Shown one piece after another: positions 1 to 8,086 of a stretch of 31,983 bases of DNA. A program made the position numbers and the translations under genes. Position 1 is the first letter of the stretch. Every line of letters starts with the position of its first letter. The notes below the pieces were generated by a model that saw only the letters and a program-made list of their open reading frames with translations, was not told where the DNA came from and made no database searches. Source of the DNA: an uncultured Planctomycetaceae bacterium (GTDB taxonomy: Bacteria > Planctomycetota > Phycisphaerae > UBA1845 > UTPLA1); NCBI GenBank assembly GCA_938008425.1, contig CALLKH010000350.1, positions 1-31,983 of the forward strand, in the 5' to 3' direction.

Positions 1-1
1 C

Positions 2-481
2 GGCTCGACGTGCACGGTTCTGCTCGGCACGACGACCTACACGGCGACCGCCCCCTCGGTGCTCAGCCCCGGACCGCTGACGGCCGAAACGATCTACTAC
101 TGGCGCGTGGACTCGGTGGCGGCCAACGGCACCACTCGAACCAAGGGCCTCATCTGGCGGTTTACGACGATCACCCAGAACCCGCCGGCGCAGGTGGGCT
201 CACCGTCGCCGTTCAACGGTGCGACAGGCATCGCGCTGAACGTCACCCTGACGTGGGGCGCGGCCGATCGGGCTGATTCCTACGATGTGTACTTCGGTAC
301 GTCGCTCGCGGCCGTCTCGATGGCGACGCTGGCTTCGCCCGAATTCCAGGGGAATCAGATCGTTCGAAGCTTCCAGCCGAGTGGACTGGCGAATAACACG
401 ACCTACTACTGGCGCATCGACTCGGTGAATGATCAGGGCCGTCGAGCCGGTGTGGTCTGGTCGTTCACGACGGTGCCCTGA
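2..481 (+). CDS. C-terminal fragment of a secreted/surface protein with tandem fibronectin-III/Ig-like repeats (5' truncated by the window edge)
   Basis: Frame is open from position 2 to TGA at 479-481. Two similar units: TIYYWRVDSV...GLIWRFTT and TTYYWRIDSV...GVVWSFTT, joined by PSPFNGATGIALNVTLTW. Confidence 0.75.
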   Translation, partial: GSTCTVLLGTTTYTATAPSVLSPGPLTAETIYYWRVDSVAANGTTRTKGLIWRFTTITQNPPAQVGSPSPFNGATGIALNVTLTWGAADRADSYDVYFGTSLAAVSMATLASPEFQGNQIVRSFQPSGLANNTTYYWRIDSVNDQGRRAGVVWSFTTVP

Positions 482-601
482 CCACGGCATCGGCTCGCCT
501 CTTCGGCGGCCGGACAGAATCCTGCATCCGGACGGGTCGCGGCGACTCAGCCAGAACTTGTCAGGGTGCATAGCCTCTCAAGGACTCCGCGCGAAATGGG
601 C

Positions 602-2101
602 TTATGCCTGTTTCGTGCGGAGTTCTGCGATTTTACGTTCGATGAGTTCGCCGGCGAGCTTCGGGTCGGCCTTGCCCTGCGAGATCTTCATGATCTGGCC
701 GCGAAGGAAGCCCGGCGCGGCCTTGGCCTTGCGGTCGTTGTCGCCGAGGGCGTCGGCGACGGCCTGCGGGTTGTTCGCGAACGCCTCGTCGACCCAGGCC
801 TGCGTCGCGCCCTCGTCGCGAACCTGCATCACGCCGAGTTCCTTTGCCACGTCCAGCGGATCGCGGAGGCCGGCTTTTCTGTCCTGATAGATGCGTTCAG
901 CGATCTGGGCCGCGGCACTGGCACTGACGGTGCCGGAGTCGACGAGTTTCGCGAGCCCGGCGGCGGTTTCGGCGGTGATGCCGAGCGTGCTGATCGTCTC
1001 GCCCACGGCCGCGGCGAGGTTGTTCCAGATGCCGACAAACTGCTTGGTGACCAGCTTCGGGTCGACGCCGGCGGAAGCCGCTGTCTCGTAGAGCGCGGCC
1101 GTCTCGACGTCGGCCAGGATGATCTCGCAGTCCTTCTCCGAGAGGCCGTAGTCGGACATGAATCGAATCTGCCGGGCGACGGGGAGTTCACCGATCTTCT
1201 CGCGGATGCGCTCGACGGCGTCATCGTCGGTGGTGACGGGGACGAGATCGGGATCAGGGAAATACCGGTAGTCGTGTGACTCCTCTTTGCCGCGTTGAAA
1301 CTCGGTCACTTCGCGTTCGTCGTTCCAGCCGAAGTTGAGCTTGCCGACCTTGTCGAGCGTGTACTCGTGGTTCGACTGCCACTCGGCGACCTGCCGGCGG
1401 ATTTCGTAGTCGATCGCGCCGCGGACGGAGCGGAAGCTGTTGAGATTCTTGATTTCGCTGATGGGCGTGCGGTACTCCCGGCCTTCATGGGTGATGGCGA
1501 CGTTGACGTTGGGCTCGAATCGCATCTGGCCCTTCTGCATGTCGGCATCGCTGATGCCGAGGAATCGGACGAGCCGCTGAAGTTCGATGCAGAACGTGTA
1601 GGCCTCGTCGGCGTCGGCGAGATCGGGCTGGGTGACGATTTCGAGCAGGGGCGTGCCGGCGCGGTTGAGATCGACGCGGGTGTGATCGAGCCCCTCGTGG
1701 AGATTCTTGCCGGCGTCCTCTTCAAGGTGGGCGCGAATGATGCCGACGCGCCGAAGTTCGCCGCCGGGCCTGGGAATCTCGAAGTAGCCGTCGGCGGAAA
1801 TGGGCAGATCGTACTGGCTGATCTGATAGTTTTTGGGCATGTCCGGGTAGAAGTAACTCTTGCGATCCCACTTGCTGAACGCGGCGATGCGGCAGTTCAG
1901 CGCGACGCCGGCCCGGAGCGAGAGTTCGAGCGCCGCCCGGTTCATCGCCGGCAGCGTGCCCGGCATGCCCATGCAGACGGGGCAGACCCTGCTGTTCGGC
2001 TCGGCCGCGAAGGCGATCTCGCACGAGCAGAAGAGCTTGGTGCGCGTGCGAAGCTGCACGTGAATCTCAAGGCCGATGATGGGGCGAATCTGCAGGTCCA
2101 T
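602..2101 (-). CDS. gatB: Aspartyl/glutamyl-tRNA(Asn/Gln) amidotransferase subunit B
   Basis: IGLEIHVQL, CPVCMGMPGTLP, RKSYFYPDMPKNYQISQY, HLEEDAGK, DLNRAGTPLLEIV, EIKNLNSFR, DYRYFPDPDL motifs and a YqeY-like tail (FLRGQIMKISQGKADP). Start placed at ATG 2101 rather than the ORF-track 2179. Confidence 0.97.
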   Translation of the reverse strand: MDLQIRPIIGLEIHVQLRTRTKLFCSCEIAFAAEPNSRVCPVCMGMPGTLPAMNRAALELSLRAGVALNCRIAAFSKWDRKSYFYPDMPKNYQISQYDLPISADGYFEIPRPGGELRRVGIIRAHLEEDAGKNLHEGLDHTRVDLNRAGTPLLEIVTQPDLADADEAYTFCIELQRLVRFLGISDADMQKGQMRFEPNVNVAITHEGREYRTPISEIKNLNSFRSVRGAIDYEIRRQVAEWQSNHEYTLDKVGKLNFGWNDEREVTEFQRGKEESHDYRYFPDPDLVPVTTDDDAVERIREKIGELPVARQIRFMSDYGLSEKDCEIILADVETAALYETAASAGVDPKLVTKQFVGIWNNLAAAVGETISTLGITAETAAGLAKLVDSGTVSASAAAQIAERIYQDRKAGLRDPLDVAKELGVMQVRDEGATQAWVDEAFANNPQAVADALGDNDRKAKAAPGFLRGQIMKISQGKADPKLAGELIERKIAELRTKQA

Positions 2102-2244
2102 GCGGCGATACCGTGGTGTCCAGAGTTCTGAATCCGCATAGATGCACTCTGATGCGGAGGGGATCAGTTTGGCGCGCACGTTGCGGTGTGTAAAGCGGGG
2201 ATCGAAAGGGACTGGATCGTTCGCCTGGGTTGCGGTTGCGACGT

Positions 2245-4176
2245 CTATTTCGGCTGCGGAATAAACAGCGTGACGCTTGTACCCTTGCCCAGCTGGCTCT
2301 TCAGCAGAATGGTCGCGCGCATGGCCGCGATGGCGTGGCGGACAATGGAAAGTCCGAGTCCCGTGCCCCGGTCGCCGGAGTGCTGTCGCCCGGCGCCCGA
2401 ACGCGCCCGCTCCACCTGGTAGAATCGTTCAAAAACGCGATCCTGATCCTCGGTTGGAATGCCGCAGCCGTCGTCGCGCACCTCTATCGAGATCGACGGC
2501 CCCAGGCGTGCGCAGTGGATCCAGACGTGGCCTTGTGGGTCGGTGAATTTGATCGCGTTGGCGACGAGGTTGTCGAGCGCGAGGCGCAGCAGTCGCCCGT
2601 TTACCATGATCAATCGACAGTTCTCAGGGCATTGAATATCGAAGGTCAGGCCGCGAGCCTTCATGGCGTCATTGAACCGCAGGGCGAGATCGTCGAGCAG
2701 TTCCCGGAGCTGAACCTCCTCCAGGTGGAACTCGTTTGATGCGGCCTCGAGTCGCGACAGCTCGAGCAGATCGCTGACCAGTTCGGAGAGTCGATGCGTG
2801 TGTTTCCCAATGACATTGATGAACCGCGCGACGTTCTGCTGACCTTCGCCGGTGACCATCTGCTCCAGTGTTTCGACCGAGGCGCGAATGGCCGACAGCG
2901 GGGTGCGAAGTTCGTGCGATGCGTTGGCGACGAAGTCGGTCTTCATGCGAATCGTTCGCGTGAGTTCCGTGATGTCGGTCAAGACGACGAGTCGTCCGGC
3001 TGTTCCGGTGTCGCCGCCGTTGTCGCCCGCAGGCAGTCCGATTTCGGAACACCGCGCGAGCAGGTGAACGACGCCGTCGGGCTGTTCAACCTGAAGGCGA
3101 AACTCGCGCACGTTTCGCAATCCGGCGATCGTCGCCTCTTCCATCGGCGGCGCGTCGTCGTCGGGCTTTTCAGGATCAAGGAAGCCGCGAAGCTCGGGAC
3201 TTGAGATGCAATCGGACACGCGTCGGCCGACGAGAAGATCCTGCTGGGCTGTGGTCCGGCCGCGGCCGCCGCGGGACTGATCGGCGTTCTCCGGTTCATT
3301 CGGCTGCGGTGTGCCGAGAAGTCGGCACGCAACGTCGTTCATCAGCACGATTCGACCGTCCGGTCCGGCGACAATGACGCCCTCGGTGAGGCTTCGAATC
3401 AGGTTTTCGAGGTTCTTTCGCTGACGGTCGATGGTATCGAGCTGGCGGGCGATCGAGTCCCGCATCTGATTGAGTGAAACGCCCATCTGTGCGATTTCAT
3501 CGCCGCCGGAGACGTCGGTTCGCGCGGAGAGATCGCCGAGCGAGAGGCTTCGCGCCGCCTCGGTGATGCGCTGGATGGGCTTGCTCCACACCCAGGCGAG
3601 GCCGAGCGCGAGCACGAACGCGGCCGCGAGACCCACGGCGGCGGTCTGCCAGATCAACCGGCTCATGGTGGCGGTCTGTTCGGTGATGCCGGGAATGGGC
3701 ATGGCGACGCGGACGGTGCCGGCGGGACGACCCTGATCGTCCTCGACCCGGACTGCCACGTACTTCATTTCGCGGTTTACGGTGTCGGAGTGTCGTTCGG
3801 CGCCGCCCCAGCCCGAGGCGAGCGCGTCACGGATTTCCGGCCGGTCGCCGTGCGGCGCCATCGCGGCGGGGTCGGCCTCGGAATCAGCCCAGACGGTGCC
3901 GTCCGCGGCGACGATGGTGACGCGAATATCAGCTTCCTTGATGGCGCCAAGTTCGACTGCCACGCGCTGGAGTTCGTCGCGATGCCGGGCGTCGAAGAGA
4001 TTTCGCACTTCGTGTCGGATCGTGACGGCCTGGGCGAGAAGTCGCTGGGTGAGATTCCGTCGATAGGCGTTTTCGACTTCGGCGACGATGAGCCAGACCG
4101 ATGTTCCGAGGAGCAGCGCCATGAGCAGCGCGTTGCCGAGAAAGAGCTTCCAGAAAAAACGACCGGGCTTCGTCAA
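2245..4176 (-). CDS. phoR: PhoR-like membrane sensor histidine kinase (TM, periplasmic Cache-like, TM, HAMP, PAS, HisKA, HATPase)
   Basis: H-box DFVANASHELRTPLSAI, N-box LDNLVANAIKFT, G-boxes DDGCGIP / RVFERFYQVERARS / GTGLGLSIVRH; periplasmic HGDRPEIRDAL...RHSDT...MKYVAV segment typical of PhoR-type kinases. Symbol inferred from motifs and pairing. Confidence 0.8.
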   Translation of the reverse strand: MTKPGRFFWKLFLGNALLMALLLGTSVWLIVAEVENAYRRNLTQRLLAQAVTIRHEVRNLFDARHRDELQRVAVELGAIKEADIRVTIVAADGTVWADSEADPAAMAPHGDRPEIRDALASGWGGAERHSDTVNREMKYVAVRVEDDQGRPAGTVRVAMPIPGITEQTATMSRLIWQTAAVGLAAAFVLALGLAWVWSKPIQRITEAARSLSLGDLSARTDVSGGDEIAQMGVSLNQMRDSIARQLDTIDRQRKNLENLIRSLTEGVIVAGPDGRIVLMNDVACRLLGTPQPNEPENADQSRGGRGRTTAQQDLLVGRRVSDCISSPELRGFLDPEKPDDDAPPMEEATIAGLRNVREFRLQVEQPDGVVHLLARCSEIGLPAGDNGGDTGTAGRLVVLTDITELTRTIRMKTDFVANASHELRTPLSAIRASVETLEQMVTGEGQQNVARFINVIGKHTHRLSELVSDLLELSRLEAASNEFHLEEVQLRELLDDLALRFNDAMKARGLTFDIQCPENCRLIMVNGRLLRLALDNLVANAIKFTDPQGHVWIHCARLGPSISIEVRDDGCGIPTEDQDRVFERFYQVERARSGAGRQHSGDRGTGLGLSIVRHAIAAMRATILLKSQLGKGTSVTLFIPQPK

Positions 4177-4194
4177 GGCGGGCGATCTCCGCGG

Positions 4195-4914
4195 TTAGTC
4201 CGCCGTGGGCGGTCTGAAGCTGTACCCGACGCCGCGAATGGTCTGAATCCATGCCGCGTGATCGGAAGCCGGGTCGGCCTGGGCCAGCTTTTTGCGAAGC
4301 GACGTGATGTGTACGTCGATGGTGCGATCCAGAACGACCGCGCCGTGGCCGAGAACCTTGTCAATGAGCGTTCCGCGGTCGAGCACCTTTCCGCTCGCGG
4401 CCATGAGCGCGCCGAGAAGCCTGAACTCGGTTGCGGTGACGCCGATGGGAATGTCGCCGACCTTGAGCTCGTGGCGATTCCAGTCGATCGAAAAGGGGCC
4501 CTCTCGCATGGCCTCTGAATCGGGGACGGGCGCTTCACCACGGCGCAGCATGGCGGCGACGCGCGCGACGAGCACCTTGGTTGAAAAGGGCTTGGTGACG
4601 TAGTCGTCGGCGCCCAGGGCGAATCCGACGAGCTCGTCGGATTCCTCGGCCTTGGCAGTGAGCATGATGATCGGAATCGCGGAGGTGGCGGGATCGCGGC
4701 GGCACTCCTGTGCCACCTCGTCGCCCGACATGCCGGGCAGCATGCGGTCGAGAAGGATGATATCCGGCGGATCGCGGCGGATTTCCTCCAGGGCCAGATC
4801 TCCACCATCCGCGTGACGCGTCGCGAAACCCTCGCGCTGGAGGTTGAAGCAGATCAACTCCGCGAGATCTTTCTCGTCTTCGACGACGAGTACGGTCTTT
4901 GTTGATTTTGTCAT
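4195..4914 (-). CDS. phoB: OmpR/PhoB-family response regulator
   Basis: Receiver (VLVVEDE, ILLDRMLPGMSG, IIMLTAKAEESDELVGFALGADDYVTKPFS) plus winged helix (TATEFRLL, RTIDVHITSLRKKL, IQTIRGVGYSF). Lies directly upstream of the kinase. Start at ATG 4914; 4959 is an alternative. Confidence 0.82.
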   Translation of the reverse strand: MTKSTKTVLVVEDEKDLAELICFNLQREGFATRHADGGDLALEEIRRDPPDIILLDRMLPGMSGDEVAQECRRDPATSAIPIIMLTAKAEESDELVGFALGADDYVTKPFSTKVLVARVAAMLRRGEAPVPDSEAMREGPFSIDWNRHELKVGDIPIGVTATEFRLLGALMAASGKVLDRGTLIDKVLGHGAVVLDRTIDVHITSLRKKLAQADPASDHAAWIQTIRGVGYSFRPPTAD

Positions 4915-5080
4915 GAGTGGTCGCTCGTTCTGCGGCTGGGACTTTGCGGTCATTAACATCTGATACTCACTCTCGTACTGGTATTCTCGCCCTCGACGGT
5001 ACTTCCGTCCATTCGACCGGCGTCAGACGCCGCTCCGGTAGCCTGTTCATGGCGATCCCCACGCCGATCATGGATCGCAT

Positions 5081-6559
5081 CTAGTCGTTCGCCGCTCGTT
5101 TATCCCCGTCGTTGATGCGGCGGTTGAGGTAGGCGTCCGCCCTTTCGGCCATGTCCTTAAATCGCCGGTCCTCGCAAAGACTCCGGTGATCCTTCACAAA
5201 CTGATCGTGCACCTCCCGGCAGCGCAGCGCCAGCACGGGCGGCAGCGCTCGAGCCAATCCCGCGATGCGTTGACAGCGCGCGGCGTCGTTTCCGATTCCG
5301 GCCGCATGGCCTCGCCCGAGCAAGCCGCCGAGCAGACGCGACATGTCTCTCAGTTCGGCGGGCTTGTTCACGTCTTTCCTTGATGGTTCCTTGGCGAAAG
5401 GGCTCTTGGGTCTGATGAGATACGATCGGCCCCCGATGTTCACACTTCCGATCCAGTCGGAACGATGGCATTGAAGCGCGAGATGGGCTCTCGCCACGAA
5501 CTCGCCGCGGTCCGCGTTCTTTTCAGCGGGGATCAGCGACGCGCGCTCGGCCGCGCAGGCCGGCTCCTCCTTCAGTTGAAGCAGCAGGTGAGGACTCCCA
5601 TTGGTCTTCTGATCAAGCCGCAAGAGAACGATGAACTTGGAGAGCCCCTGGCTTCCGGCGCTGCTCAGTCGGGTCCATTCCGCAATGTCGAGAACGGCGC
5701 CGCCGAAGTCCTCTTCGGATCGGCAACCGATCGCGGCGCGGCGACTCGCAGCCTGCGGTCCATCGAAGTGTCCTCGCCAGAGCGCGGCCAGGATTGACTC
5801 ACGCGTCCTTGCATCCACAGGATCGAGCAGGTCCGACGCCTGCCCTTTTTTCAGAACAATGCGTCGAAGCCGGGGCCTGTCGCCGTCGAAGACGTAATTC
5901 CCGAAGTATTCAGCGGCGTCTTCGTCGGCCGCCTTCTTCACCAGCTTTCGAACGGTCTTGTACCCGGCACTCAGTTCGCGATCGCCGACGCCGCCTGTCA
6001 GGGCCCTGGCGTACTCCTCGCACATCAGGTTGGTGATCGTTCGCAATTCTTCCGGCGTCAGGGTGAGATCCGCCTCGCCCGCGGCAAACTGCAGCGAGAC
6101 GGCGGCACGAAGCAGATCGAACTGGAATGGGCCGTGAAAAGCTTCGTCCAGATCAACGAGTGAGAAGTGAATGTCGCCGTTCTCGCCGGGCGAGCGAAAA
6201 GTTCCAGTGTTGCCGGGGTGCACATCCCCATGAAGCAGGACGTTGCTTCCTGCGTCATCCAACCAATCGGTGCAATGCGCCTTGCACCAATGATAGTAGA
6301 GATCCGCCGTGCCCCTGAAGAACTCATAAGGCGTCTCTCGAATACTTCGAAGCTTCATGGGGAGCCCGCGGGGATCGGCGTCCTTCAGGTGTGGATTCAG
6401 CTCCACGATTCGTTCGAGAACCGAAGGCGCCGGTGGAGCGTCGGCGAATGCCGTCGTCGTCGCGAAGAAGGAGAATGCGGCAAGGAGTACGACACGTGCG
6501 ATAGTCCGGTGCAGGACTTCCGCGACGGCGCCGTGTACTCGATGTCTCATGGTTGTCAT
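5081..6559 (-). CDS. DUF2252-family (kinase-like fold) protein with a predicted N-terminal signal peptide
   Basis: ETPYEFFRGTADLY, LLHGDVHPGNTG, VDLDEAFHGPFQFDLLRAAVSL, AGSQGLSKFIVLL, LLQLKEE and LGRGHA match the DUF2252 pattern as I recall it. N-terminus ...RVVLLAAFSFFATTTAFA|DAPP. Start 6559 or 6550. Confidence 0.75.
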   Translation of the reverse strand: MTTMRHRVHGAVAEVLHRTIARVVLLAAFSFFATTTAFADAPPAPSVLERIVELNPHLKDADPRGLPMKLRSIRETPYEFFRGTADLYYHWCKAHCTDWLDDAGSNVLLHGDVHPGNTGTFRSPGENGDIHFSLVDLDEAFHGPFQFDLLRAAVSLQFAAGEADLTLTPEELRTITNLMCEEYARALTGGVGDRELSAGYKTVRKLVKKAADEDAAEYFGNYVFDGDRPRLRRIVLKKGQASDLLDPVDARTRESILAALWRGHFDGPQAASRRAAIGCRSEEDFGGAVLDIAEWTRLSSAGSQGLSKFIVLLRLDQKTNGSPHLLLQLKEEPACAAERASLIPAEKNADRGEFVARAHLALQCHRSDWIGSVNIGGRSYLIRPKSPFAKEPSRKDVNKPAELRDMSRLLGGLLGRGHAAGIGNDAARCQRIAGLARALPPVLALRCREVHDQFVKDHRSLCEDRRFKDMAERADAYLNRRINDGDKRAAND

Positions 6560-6714
6560 TCTTTTCCGAGCCGCACCGGGAGTTTGCTTCGATTCGTTTG
6601 AATGAGGGCGATTCATTTCTTCGATCGTGAGCATCATTCGGACAATGATACCCGTCGTGTCATTTCTGGATAGTTTGACGAAGTTTGTCGTCGTCCTGCA
6701 ACCGCCCCCCTGCC

Positions 6715-6770
6715 GCTTCACGAAACATTAATGCTCTCCGCATTGAGGCCTAACGCCGTGGTTGTAGCGT
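6715..6770 (+). promoter_or_regulatory. Candidate Pho-box-like array (four 7-mers at 11-bp period) with a downstream -10
   Basis: GCTTCAC (6715), CATTAAT (6726), TCCGCAT (6737), GCCTAAC (6748), then 10 nt, then TAGCGT (6765-6770). Degenerate relative to CTGTCAT; the third unit is weak. Confidence 0.35.
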
Positions 6771-7029
6771 ACCGAACCAACGTGCCAGGGGAGATTGGGC
6801 GAAGCCGTCGTCGAATGCCCTGGCACTGCAAGTGTGACGGTCGACGCCGGCACAGAGTCGTCGAATTCCGGGGCGAGATTTCCGGAGGGGAAAGAAGCGT
6901 CGATGGCTCGGAAGGCGGCGACGCCGACGTCGCGGCCGAGGCGATTCTGCTGGTCGCCCGTCGGAATCGTATCAGCCGGCCACCTGGTCGGACTGATTGT
7001 GGACCGGTCGAATCTGGGACGGAGTTGAT

Positions 7030-7947
7030 ATGTCAGACAATCGACGCTCAATGCGGCCTGCAGGCCCTGGCTTCACACTGATCGAGCTGCTGGTGGTGAT
7101 CTCCATTATCGCCATTCTAATTTCCATCCTGCTTCCGGCGTTGAGCGCGGCACGGGAGAAGGGCCGCGAAACGCAATGCCGGGCGACTCTGCAGCAATTC
7201 GGCGCCGGCTTCATGGCCTATGCGAACTCCAACGACGAGTACCTCTGCAGCGGCGCGTTTGATCCCGAGATCGGAAACGGCCGCGACGGTCCGGTCGATG
7301 CCGTCGGCTGGGTGGCGGATCTCGTCAACGGCCGAACCGGGGAACCGGGCAGGGCGCTCTGTCCGTCGAATCCCGCCCGGTTTAACCAGAAGCTTGGTTC
7401 CAATGGAAACACCTATTCGCCGGCAGACGCGCAGGCGCTCGTCGAGCTCGGCTACAACACCAACTACACACAGTCCTGGTACATGGGCCGAACCGAATGG
7501 CGGCCCGGCACGGGTTCAAACCTGAAGAGTCTTGCCAATACCTACGGCCCGCTGAGCGTCAGCAATCTCAGGAGCGTGCAGTCGTCGCGCGTCCCGATTC
7601 TCGGGGATGGTCGAACCGATACGAACGATCTCGTTCTCGGCGAGCGATCCGTCAAGACGATGACCGACGGCCCGTTCGCCGGACCCTACGGCACCCAGAA
7701 CTACGCCGACTTTGGCCCCGCCCACGGGATGGGCGGATACAACCCGCTCAAGAAGCACAATCGAATTCGCGCGAACGTCCTCTTCGCCGACGGCCATGTC
7801 AGTTCATTCATGGACGGCGATCGAGATGGAGAGTTCGCGCTTCTTACCTCGGCTAATCCGCACGGCCAGAAGGATCTGAGCAATGAAGTCTTCGACGGCG
7901 TGCTGAGCATTGGTCGGCGATCAGCGAATCGCTTCACGCTGCAGTAG
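7030..7947 (+). CDS. Prepilin-type N-terminal cleavage/methylation protein, DUF1559-like, with H-X9-DG-type C-terminal motif
   Basis: G|[56 protein letters not shown] (H-X10-DG here). GGAG at 7021-7024 precedes ATG 7030. Confidence 0.9.
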   Translation: MSDNRRSMRPAGPGFTLIELLVVISIIAILISILLPALSAAREKGRETQCRATLQQFGAGFMAYANSNDEYLCSGAFDPEIGNGRDGPVDAVGWVADLVNGRTGEPGRALCPSNPARFNQKLGSNGNTYSPADAQALVELGYNTNYTQSWYMGRTEWRPGTGSNLKSLANTYGPLSVSNLRSVQSSRVPILGDGRTDTNDLVLGERSVKTMTDGPFAGPYGTQNYADFGPAHGMGGYNPLKKHNRIRANVLFADGHVSSFMDGDRDGEFALLTSANPHGQKDLSNEVFDGVLSIGRRSANRFTLQ

Positions 7948-8086
7948 GGGTCTTTGAATGAGTCGTGATGGGGAGCCTGTCGGCGTCATGGCGGCCGGCC
8001 GGGCAGAATCCGCGCCAGTTGAAGCCGTCCGACGCGCCATGAGTCAAGCCACGAGAAACATGAATCAGACACTGGGAGAGAAGTTC

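Noticed and set aside
566-2131. Plus-strand ORFs (237 aa, 278 aa) opposite gatB, and similar antisense ORFs over ugd (12081-13238), nrdJ (14712-15992), ligA (19096-20544) and the vWA gene (28235-29239)
   Set aside because: They fully overlap well-supported genes on the other strand and have no recognisable motifs; an expected by-product of GC-rich codon bias.
5018-5032. CGGCG-TCAGA-CGCCG hairpin between the DUF2252 gene and phoB as a terminator or another REP copy
   Set aside because: No U-tract on the minus strand, and it lacks the TTTAG foot and mismatch architecture of the 24935-25102 units.
6790-6850. c-di-GMP-I riboswitch in the prepilin leader
   Set aside because: GGCGAAGCC and TGCAAG only loosely echo the GGCAAACC/GCAAAG core, and the GAAA-tetraloop stem is absent.
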